From Escherichia phage T7, in sequence record LR745707: a stretch of DNA of 40,532 nt. The stretch is one strand, 5' to 3'. Within the stretch, counting starts at the first letter, position 1. Each line of letters starts with the position of its first letter. The translations under genes and the position numbers were made by a program. The notes beneath the pieces are model-generated. The model saw only the letters and a list, made by a program, of their open reading frames with translations, was not told the origin of the DNA and did not search any database. Shown here piece by piece: positions 33,501 to 40,369 of the stretch.

Positions 33501-34550
33501 GGGACCTTGAAGTATTCAACACAGGAACTGGCTGCTCGCTCTCCGTGGACTAAGCTACTGAACGGAACCACTAACTACCTTCTGGATGCTGCGCGTCAAG
33601 GTATGCTTGGGGATGTTATTAGTGCCACCCTAACAGGTAAGACTACCCGCTGGGAGAAAGAAGGCTTCCTTCGTGGTGCCTCCGTAACTCCTGAGCAGAT
33701 GGCTGGCATCAAGTCTCTCATCAAGGAACATATGGTACGCGGTGAGGACGGGAAGTTTACCGTTAAGGACAAGCAAGCGTTCTCTATGGACCCACGGGCT
33801 ATGGACTTATGGAGACTGGCTGACAAGGTAGCTGATGAGGCAATGCTGCGTCCACATAAGGTGTCCTTACAGGATTCCCATGCGTTCGGAGCACTAGGTA
33901 AGATGGTTATGCAGTTTAAGTCTTTCACTATCAAGTCCCTTAACTCTAAGTTCCTGCGAACCTTCTATGATGGATACAAGAACAACCGAGCGATTGACGC
34001 TGCGCTGAGCATCATCACCTCTATGGGTCTCGCTGGTGGTTTCTATGCTATGGCTGCACACGTCAAAGCATACGCTCTGCCTAAGGAGAAACGTAAGGAG
34101 TACTTGGAGCGTGCACTGGACCCAACCATGATTGCCCACGCTGCGTTATCTCGTAGTTCTCAATTGGGTGCTCCTTTGGCTATGGTTGACCTAGTTGGTG
34201 GTGTTTTAGGGTTCGAGTCCTCCAAGATGGCTCGCTCTACGATTCTACCTAAGGACACCGTGAAGGAACGTGACCCAAACAAACCGTACACCTCTAGAGA
34301 GGTAATGGGCGCTATGGGTTCAAACCTTCTGGAACAGATGCCTTCGGCTGGCTTTGTGGCTAACGTAGGGGCTACCTTAATGAATGCTGCTGGCGTGGTC
34401 AACTCACCTAATAAAGCAACCGAGCAGGACTTCATGACTGGTCTTATGAACTCCACAAAAGAGTTAGTACCGAACGACCCATTGACTCAACAGCTTGTGT
34501 TGAAGATTTATGAGGCGAACGGTGTTAACTTGAGGGAGCGTAGGAAATAA
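30594..34550 (+). CDS. 16: gp16 internal virion protein D (ejectosome; N-terminal lytic transglycosylase domain)
   Basis: 1318-aa track ORF; transglycosylase-like LLRKVAWTESRF..GPLGMMQF. Confidence 0.95.
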   Translation: MDKYDKNVPSDYDGLFQKAADANGVSYDLLRKVAWTESRFVPTAKSKTGPLGMMQFTKATAKALGLRVTDGPDDDRLNPELAINAAAKQLAGLVGKFDGDELKAALAYNQGEGRLGNPQLEAYSKGDFASISEEGRNYMRNLLDVAKSPMAGQLETFGGITPKGKGIPAEVGLAGIGHKQKVTQELPESTSFDVKGIEQEATAKPFAKDFWETHGETLDEYNSRSTFFGFKNAAEAELSNSVAGMAFRAGRLDNGFDVFKDTITPTRWNSHIWTPEELEKIRTEVKNPAYINVVTGGSPENLDDLIKLANENFENDSRAAEAGLGAKLSAGIIGAGVDPLSYVPMVGVTGKGFKLINKALVVGAESAALNVASEGLRTSVAGGDADYAGAALGGFVFGAGMSAISDAVAAGLKRSKPEAEFDNEFIGPMMRLEARETARNANSADLSRMNTENMKFEGEHNGVPYEDLPTERGAVVLHDGSVLSASNPINPKTLKEFSEVDPEKAARGIKLAGFTEIGLKTLGSDDADIRRVAIDLVRSPTGMQSGASGKFGATASDIHERLHGTDQRTYNDLYKAMSDAMKDPEFSTGGAKMSREETRYTIYRRAALAIERPELQKALTPSERIVMDIIKRHFDTKRELMENPAIFGNTKAVSIFPESRHKGTYVPHVYDRHAKALMIQRYGAEGLQEGIARSWMNSYVSRPEVKARVDEMLKELHGVKEVTPEMVEKYAMDKAYGISHSDQFTNSSIIEENIEGLVGIENNSFLEARNLFDSDLSITMPDGQQFSVNDLRDFDMFRIMPAYDRRVNGDIAIMGSTGKTTKELKDEILALKAKAEGDGKKTGEVHALMDTVKILTGRARRNQDTVWETSLRAINDLGFFAKNAYMGAQNITEIAGMIVTGNVRALGHGIPILRDTLYKSKPVSAKELKELHASLFGKEVDQLIRPKRADIVQRLREATDTGPAVANIVGTLKYSTQELAARSPWTKLLNGTTNYLLDAARQGMLGDVISATLTGKTTRWEKEGFLRGASVTPEQMAGIKSLIKEHMVRGEDGKFTVKDKQAFSMDPRAMDLWRLADKVADEAMLRPHKVSLQDSHAFGALGKMVMQFKSFTIKSLNSKFLRTFYDGYKNNRAIDAALSIITSMGLAGGFYAMAAHVKAYALPKEKRKEYLERALDPTMIAHAALSRSSQLGAPLAMVDLVGGVLGFESSKMARSTILPKDTVKERDPNKPYTSREVMGAMGSNLLEQMPSAGFVANVGATLMNAAGVVNSPNKATEQDFMTGLMNSTKELVPNDPLTQQLVLKIYEANGVNLRERRK

Positions 34551-34570
34551 TACGACTCACTATAGGGAGA
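34548..34570 (+). promoter_or_regulatory. T7 RNAP promoter phi17 (class III)
   Basis: taatacgactcactatagggaga. Confidence 0.9.
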
Positions 34571-34622
34571 GGCGAAATAATCTTCTCCCTGTAGTCTCTT
34601 AGATTTACTTTAAGGAGGTCAA

Positions 34623-36656
34623 ATGGCTAACGTAATTAAAACCGTTTTGACTTACCAGTTAGATGGCTCCAATCGTGATTTTAATATCCCGTTTGAGTAT
34701 CTAGCCCGTAAGTTCGTAGTGGTAACTCTTATTGGTGTAGACCGAAAGGTCCTTACGATTAATACAGACTATCGCTTTGCTACACGTACTACTATCTCTC
34801 TGACAAAGGCTTGGGGTCCAGCCGATGGCTACACGACCATCGAGTTACGTCGAGTAACCTCCACTACCGACCGATTGGTTGACTTTACGGATGGTTCAAT
34901 CCTCCGCGCGTATGACCTTAACGTCGCTCAGATTCAAACGATGCACGTAGCGGAAGAGGCCCGTGACCTCACTGCGGATACTATCGGTGTCAATAACGAT
35001 GGTCACTTGGATGCTCGTGGTCGTCGAATTGTGAACCTAGCGAACGCCGTGGATGACCGCGATGCTGTTCCGTTTGGTCAACTAAAGACCATGAACCAGA
35101 ACTCATGGCAAGCACGTAATGAAGCCTTACAGTTCCGTAATGAGGCTGAGACTTTCAGAAACCAAGCGGAGGGCTTTAAGAACGAGTCCAGTACCAACGC
35201 TACGAACACAAAGCAGTGGCGCGATGAGACCAAGGGTTTCCGAGACGAAGCCAAGCGGTTCAAGAATACGGCTGGTCAATACGCTACATCTGCTGGGAAC
35301 TCTGCTTCCGCTGCGCATCAATCTGAGGTAAACGCTGAGAACTCTGCCACAGCATCCGCTAACTCTGCTCATTTGGCAGAACAGCAAGCAGACCGTGCGG
35401 AACGTGAGGCAGACAAGCTGGAAAATTACAATGGATTGGCTGGTGCAATTGATAAGGTAGATGGAACCAATGTGTACTGGAAAGGAAATATTCACGCTAA
35501 CGGGCGCCTTTACATGACCACAAACGGTTTTGACTGTGGCCAGTATCAACAGTTCTTTGGTGGTGTCACTAATCGTTACTCTGTCATGGAGTGGGGAGAT
35601 GAGAACGGATGGCTGATGTATGTTCAACGTAGAGAGTGGACAACAGCGATAGGCGGTAACATCCAGTTAGTAGTAAACGGACAGATCATCACCCAAGGTG
35701 GAGCCATGACCGGTCAGCTAAAATTGCAGAATGGGCATGTTCTTCAATTAGAGTCCGCATCCGACAAGGCGCACTATATTCTATCTAAAGATGGTAACAG
35801 GAATAACTGGTACATTGGTAGAGGGTCAGATAACAACAATGACTGTACCTTCCACTCCTATGTACATGGTACGACCTTAACACTCAAGCAGGACTATGCA
35901 GTAGTTAACAAACACTTCCACGTAGGTCAGGCCGTTGTGGCCACTGATGGTAATATTCAAGGTACTAAGTGGGGAGGTAAATGGCTGGATGCTTACCTAC
36001 GTGACAGCTTCGTTGCGAAGAAGTTTCGCCCGGCTGCGCTCGACCCGCGCGGCATGACGCTGGTTGCCGGCGCGTTTTGGGCAGACATCTATCTGCTAGG
36101 CGTCAACCACCTGACCGATGGCACCAGCAAATACAACGTGACAATTGCAGATGGTAGTGCATCACCTAAGAAATCTACCAAGTTCGGTGGAGACGGCAGC
36201 GCGGCCTACAGTGACGGAGCTTGGTACAACTTCGCTGAGGTCATGACTCATCACGGTAAGCGCCTGCCTAACTACAACGAATTCCAGGCGCTGGCTTTCG
36301 GCACGACCGAGGCTACGTCCAGCGGCGGCACCGACGTGCCCACCACCGGCGTGAACGGCACGGGCGCAACGAGCGCGTGGAACATCTTCACGTCCAAGTG
36401 GGGCGTTGTGCAGGCGTCCGGTTGCTTGTGGACGTGGGGTAACGAGTTCGGCGGCGTGAATGGCGCATCCGAATACACGGCCAACACTGGCGGCAGAGGA
36501 TCGGTGTACGCCCAGCCCGCTGCTGCGCTATTCGGCGGCGCCTGGAACGGCACGTCGCTCTCGGGTTCTCGCGCTGCGCTCTGGTACAGCGGGCCGTCGT
36601 TCTCGTTCGCGTTCTTCGGGGCGCGCGGCGTCTGTGACCACCTGATTCTTGAGTAG
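34623..36656 (+). CDS. 17: Chimeric tail fibre: T7 gp17 residues 1 to about 466 fused to a foreign GC-rich 211-aa C-terminal domain recognised as the BPP-1 Mtd C-type-lectin receptor-binding domain
   Basis: 677 aa versus 553 aa for native gp17; T7 sequence through ...LRDSFVAK, then KFRPAALDPRGMTLVAGAFWADIYLLGVNHLTDG...FFGARGVCDHLILE; sharp GC rise from 36021. Confidence 0.85.
   Translation: MANVIKTVLTYQLDGSNRDFNIPFEYLARKFVVVTLIGVDRKVLTINTDYRFATRTTISLTKAWGPADGYTTIELRRVTSTTDRLVDFTDGSILRAYDLNVAQIQTMHVAEEARDLTADTIGVNNDGHLDARGRRIVNLANAVDDRDAVPFGQLKTMNQNSWQARNEALQFRNEAETFRNQAEGFKNESSTNATNTKQWRDETKGFRDEAKRFKNTAGQYATSAGNSASAAHQSEVNAENSATASANSAHLAEQQADRAEREADKLENYNGLAGAIDKVDGTNVYWKGNIHANGRLYMTTNGFDCGQYQQFFGGVTNRYSVMEWGDENGWLMYVQRREWTTAIGGNIQLVVNGQIITQGGAMTGQLKLQNGHVLQLESASDKAHYILSKDGNRNNWYIGRGSDNNNDCTFHSYVHGTTLTLKQDYAVVNKHFHVGQAVVATDGNIQGTKWGGKWLDAYLRDSFVAKKFRPAALDPRGMTLVAGAFWADIYLLGVNHLTDGTSKYNVTIADGSASPKKSTKFGGDGSAAYSDGAWYNFAEVMTHHGKRLPNYNEFQALAFGTTEATSSGGTDVPTTGVNGTGATSAWNIFTSKWGVVQASGCLWTWGNEFGGVNGASEYTANTGGRGSVYAQPAAALFGGAWNGTSLSGSRAALWYSGPSFSFAFFGARGVCDHLILE
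36518..36653 (+). other. DGR variable region (VR) at the 3' end of the chimeric fibre gene
   Basis: About 135 bp GC-rich block matching the remembered BPP-1 mtd VR; codons at recalled template AAC positions read GCC, AAC, GGC, CTC, CTC, TAC, AGC, TTC, TTC, TTC. Confidence 0.6.
36617..36653 (+). promoter_or_regulatory. DGR IMH (initiation of mutagenic homing): 14-bp G/C-only block plus adjacent 23 bp
   Basis: cggggcgcgcggcg (36617-36630) followed by tctgtgaccacctgattcttgag. Confidence 0.6.
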
Positions 36657-36675
36657 CGGGGCCGAAAGGCCCCGC
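36656..36675 (+). promoter_or_regulatory. DGR target-recognition hairpin (8-bp GC stem, GAAA loop)
   Basis: GCGGGGCC GAAA GGCCCCGC immediately after the stop codon; no U-run, so not a typical intrinsic terminator. Confidence 0.7.
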
Positions 36676-36686
36676 CAAGGCAACCG

Positions 36687-36710
36687 GATTTACTTTAAGG
36701 AGGTCAAATG
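36687..36710 (+). promoter_or_regulatory. Duplicated gene 17 ribosome-binding site driving trxA
   Basis: gatttactttaaggaggtcaaatg is identical to 34602-34625 upstream of gene 17. Confidence 0.85.
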
Positions 36711-37037
36711 AGCGATAAAATCATTCACCTGACCGATGACTCTTTTGATACCGACGTGCTGAAAGCTGATGGTGCAATTCTGGTTGATTTCTGGGCAGAG
36801 TGGTGCGGCCCTTGCAAAATGATCGCTCCAATCCTGGACGAAATTGCGGACGAATATCAGGGTAAGCTGACTGTGGCCAAACTGAACATTGACCAGAACC
36901 CTGGCACCGCACCGAAATACGGTATCCGTGGCATCCCAACTCTGCTGCTGTTCAAAAACGGTGAAGTGGCAGCAACCAAAGTAGGCGCTCTGTCTAAAGG
37001 CCAACTGAAAGAGTTCCTGGACGCCAACCTGGCTTAA
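36708..37037 (+). CDS. trxA: Thioredoxin 1 (E. coli TrxA protein sequence), inserted and synonymously recoded
   Basis: 109-aa [109 protein letters not shown]; WCGPC active site; not a T7 gene. Confidence 0.95.
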
Positions 37038-37098
37038 TGATTGGTAAATCACAAGGAAAGACGTGTAGTCCACGGATGGACTCTCAAGGAGGTACAAG

Positions 37099-37302
37099 GT
37101 GCTATCATTAGACTTTAACAACGAATTGATTAAGGCTGCTCCAATTGTTGGGACGGGTGTAGCAGATGTTAGTGCTCGACTGTTCTTTGGGTTAAGCCTT
37201 AACGAATGGTTCTACGTTGCTGCTATCGCCTACACAGTGGTTCAGATTGGTGCCAAGGTAGTCGATAAGATGATTGACTGGAAGAAAGCCAATAAGGAGT
37301 GA
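37099..37302 (+). CDS. 17.5: gp17.5 holin (GTG start)
   Basis: 67-aa track ORF with one hydrophobic segment; RBS caaggaggtacaag upstream. Confidence 0.9.
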   Translation: MLSLDFNNELIKAAPIVGTGVADVSARLFFGLSLNEWFYVAAIAYTVVQIGAKVVDKMIDWKKANKE

Positions 37303-37307
37303 TATGT

Positions 37308-37577
37308 ATGGAAAAGGATAAGAGCCTTATTACATTCTTAGAGATGTTGGACACTGCGATGGCTCAGCGTATGCTTGCGGACCTTTCGGACCATGAGCGT
37401 CGCTCTCCGCAACTCTATAATGCTATTAACAAACTGTTAGACCGCCACAAGTTCCAGATTGGTAAGTTGCAGCCGGATGTTCACATCTTAGGTGGCCTTG
37501 CTGGTGCTCTTGAAGAGTACAAAGAGAAAGTCGGTGATAACGGTCTTACGGATGATGATATTTACACATTACAGTGA
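37308..37577 (+). CDS. 18: gp18 terminase small subunit
   Basis: ATG at 37308 (MEKDKSLITFLEML...) within track ORF 37299-37577; 89 aa. Confidence 0.9.
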   Translation: MEKDKSLITFLEMLDTAMAQRMLADLSDHERRSPQLYNAINKLLDRHKFQIGKLQPDVHILGGLAGALEEYKEKVGDNGLTDDDIYTLQ

Positions 37578-37615
37578 TATACTCAAGGCCACTACAGATA
37601 GTGGTCTTTATGGAT
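37578..37615 (+). promoter_or_regulatory. RNase III processing site R18.5
   Basis: actcaaggccactacagatagtggtctttatggatg hairpin. Confidence 0.55.
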
Positions 37616-37671
37616 GTCATTGTCTATACGAGATGCTCCTACGTGAAATCTGAAAGTTAACGGGAGGCATT

Positions 37672-38103
37672 ATGCTAGAATTTTTACGTAAGCTAATCCC
37701 TTGGGTTCTCGCTGGGATGCTATTCGGGTTAGGATGGCATCTAGGGTCAGACTCAATGGACGCTAAATGGAAACAGGAGGTACACAATGAGTACGTTAAG
37801 AGAGTTGAGGCTGCGAAGAGCACTCAAAGAGCAATCGATGCGGTATCTGCTAAGTATCAAGAAGACCTTGCCGCGCTGGAAGGGAGCACTGATAGGATTA
37901 TTTCTGATTTGCGTAGCGACAATAAGCGGTTGCGCGTCAGAGTCAAAACTACCGGAACCTCCGATGGTCAGTGTGGATTCGAGCCTGATGGTCGAGCCGA
38001 ACTTGACGACCGAGATGCTAAACGTATTCTCGCAGTGACCCAGAAGGGTGACGCATGGATTCGTGCGTTACAGGATACTATTCGTGAACTGCAACGTAAG
38101 TAG
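37672..38103 (+). CDS. 18.5: gp18.5 (Rz-like inner-membrane spanin)
   Basis: 143-aa track ORF with N-terminal transmembrane segment. Confidence 0.9.
   Translation: MLEFLRKLIPWVLAGMLFGLGWHLGSDSMDAKWKQEVHNEYVKRVEAAKSTQRAIDAVSAKYQEDLAALEGSTDRIISDLRSDNKRLRVRVKTTGTSDGQCGFEPDGRAELDDRDAKRILAVTQKGDAWIRALQDTIRELQRK
37787..38038 (+). CDS. 18.7: gp18.7 (Rz1-like outer-membrane spanin, embedded in 18.5 in another frame)
   Basis: 83-aa track ORF nested in gene 18.5; lipobox-like ATISGCASE. Confidence 0.75.
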   Translation: MSTLRELRLRRALKEQSMRYLLSIKKTLPRWKGALIGLFLICVATISGCASESKLPEPPMVSVDSSLMVEPNLTTEMLNVFSQ

Positions 38104-38124
38104 GAAATCAAGTAAGGAGGCAAT

Positions 38125-39885
38125 GTGTCTACTCAATCCAATCGTAATGCGCTCGTAGTGGCGCAACTGAAAGGAGACTTCGTGGCGTTCCTATTCGTCT
38201 TATGGAAGGCGCTAAACCTACCGGTGCCCACTAAGTGTCAGATTGACATGGCTAAGGTGCTGGCGAATGGAGACAACAAGAAGTTCATCTTACAGGCTTT
38301 CCGTGGTATCGGTAAGTCGTTCATCACATGTGCGTTCGTTGTGTGGTCCTTATGGAGAGACCCTCAGTTGAAGATACTTATCGTATCAGCCTCTAAGGAG
38401 CGTGCAGACGCTAACTCCATCTTTATTAAGAACATCATTGACCTGCTGCCATTCCTATCTGAGTTAAAGCCAAGACCCGGACAGCGTGACTCGGTAATCA
38501 GCTTTGATGTAGGCCCAGCCAATCCTGACCACTCTCCTAGTGTGAAATCAGTAGGTATCACTGGTCAGTTAACTGGTAGCCGTGCTGACATTATCATTGC
38601 GGATGACGTTGAGATTCCGTCTAACAGCGCAACTATGGGTGCCCGTGAGAAGCTATGGACTCTGGTTCAGGAGTTCGCTGCGTTACTTAAACCGCTGCCT
38701 TCCTCTCGCGTTATCTACCTTGGTACACCTCAGACAGAGATGACTCTCTATAAGGAACTTGAGGATAACCGTGGGTACACAACCATTATCTGGCCTGCTC
38801 TGTACCCAAGGACACGTGAAGAGAACCTCTATTACTCACAGCGTCTTGCTCCTATGTTACGCGCTGAGTACGATGAGAACCCTGAGGCACTTGCTGGGAC
38901 TCCAACAGACCCAGTGCGCTTTGACCGTGATGACCTGCGCGAGCGTGAGTTGGAATACGGTAAGGCTGGCTTTACGCTACAGTTCATGCTTAACCCTAAC
39001 CTTAGTGATGCCGAGAAGTACCCGCTGAGGCTTCGTGACGCTATCGTAGCGGCCTTAGACTTAGAGAAGGCCCCAATGCATTACCAGTGGCTTCCGAACC
39101 GTCAGAACATCATTGAGGACCTTCCTAACGTTGGCCTTAAGGGTGATGACCTGCATACGTACCACGATTGTTCCAACAACTCAGGTCAGTACCAACAGAA
39201 GATTCTGGTCATTGACCCTAGTGGTCGCGGTAAGGACGAAACAGGTTACGCTGTGCTGTACACACTGAACGGTTACATCTACCTTATGGAAGCTGGAGGT
39301 TTCCGTGATGGCTACTCCGATAAGACCCTTGAGTTACTCGCTAAGAAGGCAAAGCAATGGGGAGTCCAGACGGTTGTCTACGAGAGTAACTTCGGTGACG
39401 GTATGTTCGGTAAGGTATTCAGTCCTATCCTTCTTAAACACCACAACTGTGCGATGGAAGAGATTCGTGCCCGTGGTATGAAAGAGATGCGTATTTGCGA
39501 TACCCTTGAGCCAGTCATGCAGACTCACCGCCTTGTAATTCGTGATGAGGTCATTAGGGCCGACTACCAGTCCGCTCGTGACGTAGACGGTAAGCATGAC
39601 GTTAAGTACTCGTTGTTCTACCAGATGACCCGTATCACTCGTGAGAAAGGCGCTCTGGCTCATGATGACCGATTGGATGCCCTTGCGTTAGGCATTGAGT
39701 ATCTCCGTGAGTCCATGCAGTTGGATTCCGTTAAGGTCGAGGGTGAAGTACTTGCTGACTTCCTTGAGGAACACATGATGCGTCCTACGGTTGCTGCTAC
39801 GCATATCATTGAGATGTCTGTGGGAGGAGTTGATGTGTACTCTGAGGACGATGAGGGTTACGGTACGTCTTTCATTGAGTGGTGA
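38125..39885 (+). CDS. 19: gp19 terminase large subunit (DNA maturase B)
   Basis: 586-aa track ORF. Confidence 0.95.
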
Positions 39886-39966
39886 TTTATGCATTAGGAC
39901 TGCATAGGGATGCACTATAGACCACGGATGGTCAGTTCTTTAAGTTACTGAAAAGACACGATAAAT

Positions 39967-39989
39967 TAATACGACTCACTATAGGGAGA
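39967..39989 (+). promoter_or_regulatory. T7 RNAP promoter phiOR
   Basis: taatacgactcactatagggaga. Confidence 0.9.
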
Positions 39990-40143
39990 GGAGGGACGAA
40001 AGGTTACTATATAGATACTGAATGAATACTTATAGAGTGCATAAAGTATGCATAATGGTGTACCTAGAGTGACCTCTAAGAATGGTGATTATATTGTATT
40101 AGTATCACCTTAACTTAAGGACCAACATAAAGGGAGGAGACTC

Positions 40144-40293
40144 ATGTTCCGCTTATTGTTGAACCTACTGCGGCATAGAGTCACCTACCGATTTCTTGTG
40201 GTACTTTGTGCTGCCCTTGGGTACGCATCTCTTACTGGAGACCTCAGTTCACTGGAGTCTGTCGTTTGCTCTATACTCACTTGTAGCGATTAG
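40144..40293 (+). CDS. 19.5: gp19.5
   Basis: 49-codon ORF MFRLLLNLLRHRVTYRFLVVLCAALGYASLTGDLSSLESVVCSILTCSD after RBS aagggaggag. Confidence 0.75.
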   Translation: MFRLLLNLLRHRVTYRFLVVLCAALGYASLTGDLSSLESVVCSILTCSD

Positions 40294-40369
40294 GGTCTTC
40301 CTGACCGACTGATGGCTCACCGAGGGATTCAGCGGTATGATTGCATCACACCACTTCATCCCTATAGAG

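Noticed and set aside
36656-36675. GC hairpin after the chimeric gene as an intrinsic transcription terminator
   Set aside because: There is no downstream U-run (it is followed by ccaaggcaaccgg) and T7 RNAP is not stopped by such structures; its match to the DGR hairpin (GC stem, GAAA loop, immediately 3' of the IMH) explains it better.
36388-36678. Arg/Pro-rich ORFs on both strands inside the Mtd VR region (36388-36678 minus, 36460-36645 plus)
   Set aside because: Artefacts of high GC content (few stop codons); they overlap the in-frame chimeric fibre ORF.
37038-37098. Possible few-base scar at the junction between the trxA stop and the gene 17.5 leader
   Set aside because: My recalled reference coordinates suggest the spacer may be about 3 nt longer than native, but I cannot verify the native intergenic sequence from memory; this needs an alignment.
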